A DNA stretch of 20,000 nucleotides, taken from the NCBI GenBank assembly GCA_964644695.1, contig CAZXWN010000013.1:52934-72933 (forward strand), given 5' to 3'. Both the position numbers and the translations under genes were made by a program. This document shows, one piece after another, positions 9,349 to 17,496 of the stretch. Numbering within the stretch: position 1 is the stretch's first letter; each line of letters begins with the position of its first letter. Source of the DNA: an uncultured bacterium (lineage in GTDB: Bacteria > UBP4 > UBA4092). The notes under the pieces were generated by a model. The model was given only the letters and a program-made list of their open reading frames with translations, was not told where the DNA came from and ran no database searches.

Positions 9349-9380
9349 AAAAAGGGTAAGGCTGATTAGCCCTACCCTTT
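9349..9380 (-). terminator. Rho-independent terminator of protease paralog 2
   Basis: Minus strand AAAGGGTAGGGCT-aatc-AGCCTTACCCTTTTT, about 20 nt after the stop at 9400. Confidence 0.8.
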
Positions 9381-9399
9381 GTTTGTAACTATTAGAAAT

Positions 9400-12300
9400 T
9401 TATTTGCTCATAAAGAAGTAGCTGTGCCAGTCACGGTACAAATTGGGCTCATCCATATCCCGGATGAAATCCGTCTCCATGACTTTGATTTTCCCTGTAC
9501 TGCTGTTTTTGGTCATATACTGAACCTGTTGCCAGGGCCGGCGCACGGGAGCAACCAGGTAATGCCATCCATTACTGATATCTCCAAACTGGGCGGAGGC
9601 AATCAACTGTCCACCGGGACTCCAGAAATCGGCTCCCCCGTTACTCTCTACACCATAACAGGCCAACAACAGGATGGCATCATAGGAATTGAAACTCCCG
9701 GACATCTTTTCAACATTCATCTTTATGCCGGCCTGATACCCCTGATTAGATGGGGCGGTATAAATGCCGCCGGCTGGAGTCTTGGCTGTTACCTTGGACC
9801 CTCTCTGGTTATTTCCAGTGGCGGCTCCAGTGTAATCCAGTGTTAAGGTTCCCCCATCAAAACCAAAGGTTACACCAACAGGTGTTTCTGTTCCATAGAT
9901 TTCTCCCGTGGCCCAGCCTGAAGTTAACTGACTGTAAGAGGCTGGTTTCGAATAAGCATAATGGGCATCTTTATTTCCATGAGTTTCCATCAGCTGGGGA
10001 TTTCCAGTGAAATACTGCACCGATTGGAGATAAGTTGTACCGATAGAACTGGATTTCAAGATGATTTGAGGATACCCTTTCCCTGTATTTGTTGTACGAA
10101 TGGGAATATCAATCCATGTCCAGGTGGTTGGCACCCCAAATAAAATGTTGGCACCTAAATCCACCGTACTGTCTGCCGGAATAATACCGCGGAAGTTATA
10201 CAGTTGGGCTTCCATGGAGTTCCCGGGATTGGGGCTAAAAACACGGATTCGGGCTGTGTACCAGGTATCTGATAAACAATCCACCATATTACTGACACTC
10301 GGAGTCAGTTTAACGCCTTGGGAAGTGCCATTGAACGCAAAGGCAATGACACCGGGGAGGGACCGGCCACCCAAATCAGATACGGTCGCTTGGTAAGACC
10401 GGGTAGGTAATGATAACCCTGAAATTTCTTCAATACCATAATTGGCGGCAAACTGGGTATTGGAACTGAAAGTACCCCCCGCCAGTAAATCAGGATACAC
10501 TTTCAAAGGTTCGATAACAATATCCCGTGCGGTTGATACCGCGGCAAGACTCGTCATATCAACGGGGGAAGCACTCACATATAAGGTGGCCTCATTTGAA
10601 TTAAACCCGCTATAAGTGGTCAGCCGAATGTAAGAAGTGTTTGGCCATGTACCGCTGATAAGAGTTAGGGTCACAGTGTCCATCGAGAATAAACCCCATG
10701 AATCACCGAAGGAGGCGGGGATAGCCTTACCCGCACTGTCATAAGCATAGTCGCTGATATAGAAGTTCTCTGAGCTGTTCGGACGCATGGCAAGATAGGG
10801 AAGTTTCTTTATATTGTAGGTGGAATACCGGATATTATTGCCGGCCATTCCAAATCCTGCAGTATTCGTAATGCGGAAAAGATTTGAACCCACCGTCGCA
10901 CTGGCATATCCTGCTTGTGATACGGTACTTCCGGATAATGAAGTTAAGTTCATAAAGTTTTGGGTCAGACTATAGGTGGTTCCGACACTCCCGGTATTAA
11001 AATCTTCCAAGTTAACCAGATTTGAAACAGCAGCGCTCCCCTTAAACAGTTTGAAGTCAGGGAAGGTACTTACATTGGGCGCAACGATTACCGGAGCGGT
11101 ACTGGTCATGGCATAAGCTTTGATACAGATATTGGCGGAAGCAAAATCACCTCCGGCGTTCTTTAAATCTGTCCAGCCTGCTCCGTTTTGGCTGATCCAG
11201 CTTTCCCCCGCATTGGAATTGGTGGTGCAATATCCACTTACGGGATATTCTGTCGGGAGGGGATATCCATACCCCGGGGTGATGTATTTCATCACGACTG
11301 AGAATTTCTGGGAGGCAGGGACAAAAACCGAAGAGGCCAGGCTGATAGTTGAATAACCGGCGGTGGCAATGGAACCGGTGGATTGATAAACCAGCGTCCC
11401 GGAAAGAGGACTGGTAGAACTGTTTACACCTCTATATATGTAGAGACTGTAGGAACTGTTTGGAGAGGCAAAATAAGTCCCAACTGCTTTTATCGTATCA
11501 TCGGACTGGGCGGTAAAGATGTTGGCGCCCCAGGCTGTGATATTTGAATATCCAATATCGTTGGTTTCTCCAAAGGGGTCATATTGGTAAATATGATGAT
11601 AATTACTGGTGGTTTGTGCCGAGGTATAGATGGCGGCACGGACAGGAGCAACCGCATCATAATACGAAAGATAGAAATACCCCTCCTGACCCCAGACATT
11701 GCCCCAGTTATTTCGGACAATATACGCACCGTTACCCGGCGCATTGGGTGTAAATTTGGTGGAACTGAAATTGTCATCCCATCCTACCAGGGCGACGGCA
11801 TGATTCGTCGAGGTAGGCGTTTGATAATAATAACTGGCCCAGGCGGGGTTATATCCAACATTGGTAGGATTCCAGAACATACTGACATGCACGGCGCCGT
11901 GGCTCATGATAGCTTGTTTAAGACTGGGCGGTGTCGCTGGTATCCAATAGATGTTCTGGACATGTTTGGCAGGATTAAAAAACAGTGAATCACTCACATC
12001 TGATGGATTATAGGGATCGTCTGATTCCAGGACTGGACCGGACCATCGGAGCAGGTAAGCCGCTGCCATGGTCTTATTTCCCCCGAAGCACGGAGAATAT
12101 AAATATCCATGAGTATTTTTCATATTGTTCTCAGAAAAATCCCAGGACTCACCGGGCAACATCCCTGACTCTAAACTGGCAAGGGATGCAAAGGTCCAGC
12201 AGGACCCGCAGGAACCCTGATTACGCACTTCAGGAAGACGGTTGGTTGTTCGTAAATCATAAGAAGAAGGTAGTGCGTCCGCTGAAGAAGAATCCTTCTC

Positions 12301-12537
12301 GGAGGCCGCATAAAGTTTATCCAGGTAGGACCGGTCTATGGGTTCGGGTATTTCACCTAATCCATTCCATTCTTTCGTAAGTGATTCTGTTTTCCCCATT
12401 TTTACTTGTTTCTGAAATTGTGTAAAGGCGGGATTGGGGGGAGCGCTGCTTAATGCGGGCTCCTTTGTTTCAGCATGAACCTGTATCCCAATAAAGCTTA
12501 ATAATAATAGTGCTACAAATAGTTTTACCTTACGCAT
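9400..12537 (-). CDS. Secreted papain-family (C1A) cysteine protease + lectin-like domain + unknown C-terminal region (paralog 2)
   Basis: Collinear with 6064-9216; RNQGSCGSCWTF, NHAVALVGW, IVRNNWG, IYQYDP...ICIKAYA; signal peptide ending VHA. ATG at 12537 (MRKVK, preceded by GGGGT..AAGGA) is preferred over the GTG at 12552 because it aligns with MMFKVK of paralog 1. Confidence 0.9.
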   Translation of the reverse strand: MRKVKLFVALLLLSFIGIQVHAETKEPALSSAPPNPAFTQFQKQVKMGKTESLTKEWNGLGEIPEPIDRSYLDKLYAASEKDSSSADALPSSYDLRTTNRLPEVRNQGSCGSCWTFASLASLESGMLPGESWDFSENNMKNTHGYLYSPCFGGNKTMAAAYLLRWSGPVLESDDPYNPSDVSDSLFFNPAKHVQNIYWIPATPPSLKQAIMSHGAVHVSMFWNPTNVGYNPAWASYYYQTPTSTNHAVALVGWDDNFSSTKFTPNAPGNGAYIVRNNWGNVWGQEGYFYLSYYDAVAPVRAAIYTSAQTTSNYHHIYQYDPFGETNDIGYSNITAWGANIFTAQSDDTIKAVGTYFASPNSSYSLYIYRGVNSSTSPLSGTLVYQSTGSIATAGYSTISLASSVFVPASQKFSVVMKYITPGYGYPLPTEYPVSGYCTTNSNAGESWISQNGAGWTDLKNAGGDFASANICIKAYAMTSTAPVIVAPNVSTFPDFKLFKGSAAVSNLVNLEDFNTGSVGTTYSLTQNFMNLTSLSGSTVSQAGYASATVGSNLFRITNTAGFGMAGNNIRYSTYNIKKLPYLAMRPNSSENFYISDYAYDSAGKAIPASFGDSWGLFSMDTVTLTLISGTWPNTSYIRLTTYSGFNSNEATLYVSASPVDMTSLAAVSTARDIVIEPLKVYPDLLAGGTFSSNTQFAANYGIEEISGLSLPTRSYQATVSDLGGRSLPGVIAFAFNGTSQGVKLTPSVSNMVDCLSDTWYTARIRVFSPNPGNSMEAQLYNFRGIIPADSTVDLGANILFGVPTTWTWIDIPIRTTNTGKGYPQIILKSSSIGTTYLQSVQYFTGNPQLMETHGNKDAHYAYSKPASYSQLTSGWATGEIYGTETPVGVTFGFDGGTLTLDYTGAATGNNQRGSKVTAKTPAGGIYTAPSNQGYQAGIKMNVEKMSGSFNSYDAILLLACYGVESNGGADFWSPGGQLIASAQFGDISNGWHYLVAPVRRPWQQVQYMTKNSSTGKIKVMETDFIRDMDEPNLYRDWHSYFFMSK

Positions 12538-12690
12538 TCCTTTGTACCCCACATTCTTTTGGCTATATATTTAACGCTCGTTGGATTGTATCCCAAATAA
12601 ACATTTACCATTATATAACTTTTTTTCTTATTCCCCACATATTCCCTACTCTTTTCCTGCTCTTACTTTACTCCTTGCCTTATTCCTATT

Positions 12691-12726
12691 GGACTCATAG
12701 GACCTATAAGACCCATTGGACCTATC
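12691..12726. repeat. Degenerate 9-bp tandem repeat, 4 units
   Basis: GGACTCATA GGACCTATA AGACCCATT GGACCTATC, with a weaker fifth unit ATTCCTATT at 12682-12690. Confidence 0.7.
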
Positions 12727-12983
12727 ACTCATCCTCACATCTTGACATGCGTGTCCACTCCGCTTCCTGAAACGAACCAGATACGAATCGGGTACGACCC
12801 TCACATGGTCATCCTGTTTCAGGTGATTACTTTGAATTTCTATCCGGCACCCCACCCCCGTGAACTTCTCCGTAAACCCGTCGTTCACCCTGTATATTTG
12901 CCCTGTTCTTCAACGCCCTGGGCTTTATACCTGTTCGATTTCAGCGTAAAATTAATACCGTACTTACTTTTACAGGAGCCCCC

Positions 12984-13757
12984 ATGGAACGAAAGCTCAC
13001 CTTTAATGAAATCCCGGAGTTATATGAAGCCTACCGACCGACTTACCCGCCGGCAATGATTGAGGATATTCTCCGTATCTCCGGCATTCCCTCGGAAGGT
13101 GAAATTCTGGAGATTGGCTGCGGTACCGGCCAAGCTACTGTCAGCTTCGCCAAGCGGGGTTATTCCATGACCTGTCTGGATATTGGGGATAAAACCATAG
13201 ACTTTATCCGGGAAAAGATGAAAGATTTCCCTAAACTCCAATTCATAAATGGAGATTTTGAAACCTGGGATTTCAACAATGCCACTTATGACTTGATTAT
13301 TTCTGGCAGCGCTTTCCACTGGATAGACCCCGTGGTTGGATATCCAAAAGTCGCCAGCTTATTAAAGCAAAAAGGGTACTTTGCCTTCTTTTGGAATATG
13401 CACTACTCCCCAGAAACACTGTTATATCAAGACATTCAGAGTGTCTATCAACGAGTGGCCCCAGAGATGTCCAGGAACCGGCCCACCGGCTCCTGTGAAG
13501 AACGCACCACCAAACGCCTCCAACAAATCGATGAAAGTAGATGCTACAAACCTGTCCATGTGTTGGAATATCCCTGGGAACAAGAATACAGCGCCGATGA
13601 TTATGTGAAACTCCTGGATACCTTTTCTGACCATCGCATCATGGACCCGACAACGAAAGAGATTTTATTTCGGGACATCATTGAAGTCATAGAAGATCAC
13701 GGGGGATTCATCACCCGACCCTATCGGACGACATGTTACATTGCCTGCCGCAGATAG
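12984..13757 (+). CDS. Class I SAM-dependent methyltransferase
   Basis: 257 aa; RBS AGGAG; YEAYRPTYP, motif I ILEIGCGTGQAT, YDLIISGSAFHWID. Confidence 0.92.
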   Translation: MERKLTFNEIPELYEAYRPTYPPAMIEDILRISGIPSEGEILEIGCGTGQATVSFAKRGYSMTCLDIGDKTIDFIREKMKDFPKLQFINGDFETWDFNNATYDLIISGSAFHWIDPVVGYPKVASLLKQKGYFAFFWNMHYSPETLLYQDIQSVYQRVAPEMSRNRPTGSCEERTTKRLQQIDESRCYKPVHVLEYPWEQEYSADDYVKLLDTFSDHRIMDPTTKEILFRDIIEVIEDHGGFITRPYRTTCYIACRR

Positions 13758-13767
13758 AGAGATAGTC

Positions 13768-15864
13768 CTATGGCGTAATCGGTGATGCAGGCGGCACCAA
13801 TTCATAAAGCCTGCACCCGCCTGAATCCATCATCAGTGTGAGATAGCCGGCCGCTATCATTTCCGGGATTTGCAGTTGAGTCAGGATAGGATGATTATCT
13901 TCATTGGGAATATACAGGTAGTGCCGGATTCCCTTATCCCAGAGAGCCTGATATTTTTCCGCCAAATCAGTCTTCTTATAAAGTGGAATAATATCCCAGT
14001 CATCCAGATGACGGAACGTGATTCCGTCTGAAAATAAATGATATCGATTCTCATGGGTCAGTAATGTGGTGTTGGGATATTCCTTATTGATGAAATCAAT
14101 GACAAAGAAATACTCTCCCAGTTTGGCCAGATAAAACGACGATTGATTCATACCCGGCCGGGCAAACGCCCGTAAATCCGGCGACATCAGTTTCGGCCCC
14201 ATCAGACTCATGGACACCCCCGGAATCAACGCCACCGCAAACACAATCCCCACCGTGGAATATCTCCAGTACCGGGCTGTCCCCTTCAGGTCATACATCA
14301 AAAACGCCGGCACCAAAGCCATCGCCGGAAACATAAACAACACCTGATAAATATAAAGGTTGGAAATAATAATGTGATATCCCAGTCCAAGGAAAGCAAC
14401 CCCCAGAGCAACCGGAGCAAATTCACGCCGGACTCGATTCTCTTTTTCCCATAGAGAAGTTCCTACCAGAAGATAAATCACCGCGGGAATAAACAGCCCC
14501 ATCACAAACGGGCTTACCTGCCAAATCCGCGCCAGCCACATCGGAGCATTCACCAGCCGCTGTCCCATCGTATCCCCGGGAACGCCTATCCCATTGGCGT
14601 ACCATTCATGGAAACAGGATTTCAGAACGTCCATATCAATATGTTTCCCGCCAAAGATTTCCGGATAGAACGCATAGACCGGATTCCCTGTAACAATCAG
14701 ATTCCGGAAATACCAGGGAAGACCTATTGCCAGATAGATAACGACTGACCACGCCAGCCACCGGAGATAAGAAGATTTATTCTCCACTTTTGCTTTGCCC
14801 CAAACGGCCAGATACAACAGAACCGGCACCATGATACAACCCAGATAATTGATATTCGACAGGGAGGCCGCAAAAACGGCCGTGATCACCAGCCACAAGG
14901 GGTGCCGGGTACGAATGAAACAGGCGGAACTGTATAACAGAGCCGCGGTAAACATCATCACCAGGCTGTAATCCGTCGCATAGGTAAAATACACATTCAC
15001 CAATGGAATTGACCGAAATAATAAGGCCGTCAGAACCCCTGCCCGTCTGGAACGAAAGATAACCAAGACCGTTTGATAAATTAAAATCGTCGCCACTAAT
15101 CCGGCCATGGGACTCATCAACTGGCCGACTAAATCAGAATAATGACTGAAAGCCGTCACGGGAATAGCACAGAGTAAATGGTACATGTGGGGGTAATTTG
15201 CGCCCAGGCCAAGACCCACCTGTCCGGAATATAAGACGGGGAATCCGTGCTGCTGCCAGGTCATTTTACCGTAATGTAGATAATAAATGAGCGAATCCCA
15301 GTAAGATTCGGGATATAAAAGCGCATGATAAAAAGACAAGAAGATGATTATCCCTAAAACCGAAGCGGCAACATAAAATAATCCATCTTTCTCATCGGAG
15401 ATCCGGAACATTTTCTTTTCCGGAGAATCTTCCGGTTTAGCCCGATACAAAACCCACCCGGCACCCCCCATAATAATGAGTACACCCAACCAGACCGTAA
15501 CCGGATAGAGTCTTTTAAAAATGGCGGGAAATAAAAATACCAGATAAGTTGCTAAACATCCCAGAGGTAAATACATCCATCGACTCACCTGGTACGGAAA
15601 CCGAGTATATCTTCGAATCAATGTCCAGGAAAGATATCCCGCTGTCCCATACAAAACCAGGGCAGCCATTCCCGTGGATATTCCACCCAAAAACCCCTTC
15701 GGAACAGAAAACTCATACTGGTTCCCCACAAAAATGGCGAATAAGTTCCGAAATACTAAAAACTGGTCTCTATACGCTGACCAAAAAAGATACACCGACC
15801 CTGTTCCCATGATGAGAAACAGAATCACACCGAATAAATCTCGAATATTGATTTTCTTTAGCAT
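13768..15864 (-). CDS. Polytopic membrane GT-C-fold glycosyltransferase (ArnT/PMT/GT39-like)
   Basis: 698 aa with many hydrophobic segments; loop PESYWDSLIYYL (acidic motif after a TM helix), NYP, PWYFRNLIVTGNPVY; soluble C-terminal domain. Confidence 0.7.
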   Translation of the reverse strand: MLKKINIRDLFGVILFLIMGTGSVYLFWSAYRDQFLVFRNLFAIFVGNQYEFSVPKGFLGGISTGMAALVLYGTAGYLSWTLIRRYTRFPYQVSRWMYLPLGCLATYLVFLFPAIFKRLYPVTVWLGVLIIMGGAGWVLYRAKPEDSPEKKMFRISDEKDGLFYVAASVLGIIIFLSFYHALLYPESYWDSLIYYLHYGKMTWQQHGFPVLYSGQVGLGLGANYPHMYHLLCAIPVTAFSHYSDLVGQLMSPMAGLVATILIYQTVLVIFRSRRAGVLTALLFRSIPLVNVYFTYATDYSLVMMFTAALLYSSACFIRTRHPLWLVITAVFAASLSNINYLGCIMVPVLLYLAVWGKAKVENKSSYLRWLAWSVVIYLAIGLPWYFRNLIVTGNPVYAFYPEIFGGKHIDMDVLKSCFHEWYANGIGVPGDTMGQRLVNAPMWLARIWQVSPFVMGLFIPAVIYLLVGTSLWEKENRVRREFAPVALGVAFLGLGYHIIISNLYIYQVLFMFPAMALVPAFLMYDLKGTARYWRYSTVGIVFAVALIPGVSMSLMGPKLMSPDLRAFARPGMNQSSFYLAKLGEYFFVIDFINKEYPNTTLLTHENRYHLFSDGITFRHLDDWDIIPLYKKTDLAEKYQALWDKGIRHYLYIPNEDNHPILTQLQIPEMIAAGYLTLMMDSGGCRLYELVPPASPITP

Positions 15865-15873
15865 TAGTCAATA

Positions 15874-16500
15874 TTATACCCAACTGGCCTTTGTCCACAA
15901 TACACAGGGGGTTATCCACAGATTGGGGACAACCCGGCTATTTATATATTGGTAATGGGATAAATCCTTGATATTTCGCGGGTTTAACTGCCTGTGGATA
16001 ACTCTGGGGATATGTGGACAACTTTTATGAAATTCAGGTAACACTCGAAGCCTTAAAACTCGCATCAAATCAGGACTTTGAACTTTTCTTGCCGTATTGG
16101 CAAAACATTAACTCTAATATTATCAACAATCTTATCCACTTATCCACAGTAACAGGATTCCTCAGTGGATGAATCAACAGGGGTTTTGAGGGGGTGTCAA
16201 GGAACCTGTGGAAAGCGGGGATAAGTGGATAAGTTATCCCCAGAGACCAAAGTGAATATTCGCTTTGAAAATTGGGGATTAATCGACTTATACACATATC
16301 CCCCGGTTATAACAACATTACTAAAATAAAGACATAAAACCCATGGGGATAAACCAGTAATAAGGATTGCTCTGTGGAAAAGTTATTTTGTGGATAAAGG
16401 GTTTCTGGGGGTTCGGGGGATTTATCCCCCGGAAAGATTTTAAACTTTGTTTAAAGGGATTATAATTTCTAATTAGAAATAAATAATTAATGATTAGAGG
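15874..16500. other. Putative chromosomal replication origin (oriC): DnaA-box cluster plus AT-rich tract
   Basis: Six exact TTWTNCACA boxes at 15912(+), 15993(-), 16140(+), 16288(+), 16373(-), 16389(-). One-mismatch boxes at 15874, 15891, 16013, 16120, 16132, 16207, 16224, 16234, 16344. AT-rich tract ~16435-16497. Non-coding region between divergent genes, ~0.9 kb from parS. Confidence 0.85.
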
Positions 16501-16506
16501 AATATC

Positions 16507-17130
16507 ATGATATTAGAACCTAATGATTTAATTTTGTTCCAGGGTGATTCGATTACTGATGCATGTCGGAATTATGAAGATATTAATGACTTAAGTCGGG
16601 GATACGCCTTTATTACTGCGGCAACATTATTATCGTCTTATCCGGAGTTGAATTTAAGATTTATTAATAAAGGAGTCAGTGGGGACAGGGCAGTACAGCT
16701 TCAGGAACGCTGGAAGAAGGATTGTCTGGATTTGAAGCCACAAGTGTTGTCCTTATTAATAGGTGTGAATGATACCTGGAGACGATTTGATCGAGATCTT
16801 TATACCAGTGCGGAGGATTATGCAGTGTCTGTCCGCGATATTTTGAATCAGGCAAAAGATAATGGAGTAAGAGATATTGTGATGATTGAACCCTTCCTGA
16901 TTGAAATTGGGGAAGATCGGTGGAAATGGCGGGAAGATTTGAATGAGAAGATCTATCGTTATCGGGAGATAGCGCGTGAGTTTGGTGCTTATTATGTCCC
17001 GATGGATGGTATATTTGCTCAGGCGTGTACCCGTCAAAGCGGACAGTATTGGTCACTGGATGGAGTCCATCCCACTCCGGCAGGTCATTCGTTAATGGCA
17101 CAGGCCTGGTTGGATACAGTAGGACTTTAA
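16507..17130 (+). CDS. SGNH/GDSL hydrolase family protein
   Basis: 207 aa; FQGDSITD (block I), NKGVSG (II), LIGVND (III), DGVHP (V); RBS GAGG. Confidence 0.93.
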   Translation: MILEPNDLILFQGDSITDACRNYEDINDLSRGYAFITAATLLSSYPELNLRFINKGVSGDRAVQLQERWKKDCLDLKPQVLSLLIGVNDTWRRFDRDLYTSAEDYAVSVRDILNQAKDNGVRDIVMIEPFLIEIGEDRWKWREDLNEKIYRYREIAREFGAYYVPMDGIFAQACTRQSGQYWSLDGVHPTPAGHSLMAQAWLDTVGL

Positions 17131-17157
17131 TTTAGATATAAAATATAGATAAGGAAT

Positions 17158-17193
17158 AAAGCCTCCGGGTATTCTTCGGGGGCTTTTATTTTT
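17158..17193 (+). terminator. Rho-independent terminator
   Basis: AAAGCCTCCGGG-tattc-TTCGGGGGCTTT (G:U pairs) followed by TATTTTT. Confidence 0.75.
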
Positions 17194-17346
17194 GTGATGA
17201 ATATAAAAGCCTTTATAATAAGGATATAATTTATATAACTTTAATAATATCAATATTCTGTATTTAATTTATTAAGTATTTACCTTTTATCCCCTACTCT
17301 CCTGAAATATAAGATAGATTATTGTAATTATTAAACTTATAACGAT

Positions 17347-17362
17347 TGTTCCACGTGAAACA
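17347..17362. promoter_or_regulatory. parS centromere site 1
   Basis: TGTTCCACGTGAAACA, an exact match to the chromosomal parS consensus TGTTNCACGTGAAACA. Confidence 0.95.
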
Positions 17363-17385
17363 TGGATATTATTTATCCTCTAAAT

Positions 17386-17401
17386 TGTTCCACGTGAAAC
17401 A
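17386..17401. promoter_or_regulatory. parS centromere site 2
   Basis: TGTTCCACGTGAAACA, identical to site 1, 39 bp downstream (start to start) and ~95 bp upstream of parA. Confidence 0.95.
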
Positions 17402-17496
17402 TAAAACGGGAATATAATAGTAAATTATGATATTCAAGGAATATTAAGGTGTGATATTCTAAAACCGTTTTAAGGATTAAAATCACAATAAAACAG

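Noticed and set aside
3-12537. Tandem paralog pairs as diversity-generating retroelement or phase-variation cassettes
   Set aside because: No reverse transcriptase or recombinase in the window; differences are spread over synonymous sites rather than adenine-specific, and both copies appear to be intact genes.
9400-12552. Both proteases listed as exactly 1050 aa
   Set aside because: Coincidence: there are internal indels, and paralog 2 more likely starts at ATG 12537 (1045 aa).
12766-12823. Three-way junction as a hammerhead ribozyme or 6S RNA
   Set aside because: No CUGANGA core on either strand and no long 6S-like rod found; kept only as an unclassified structure.
12646-12888. 80-aa minus-strand ORF with faint likeness to IS200 TnpA (IEI...DHV) or a four-helix-bundle suffix (GFTEK)
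   Set aside because: No intact HUH motif, no supporting upstream frame and no RBS; the similarity is too short to call.
15874-16297. Short ORFs 15874-16068(-), 16070-16297(-) and 15674-15955(+)
   Set aside because: They overlap the DnaA-box array; motifs such as VIHR and LWIT are simply translated DnaA boxes.
17345-17402. Direct repeat pair as a possible mini-CRISPR array
   Set aside because: Only two 19-bp copies, an exact parS consensus, directly upstream of parAB, and no cas genes.
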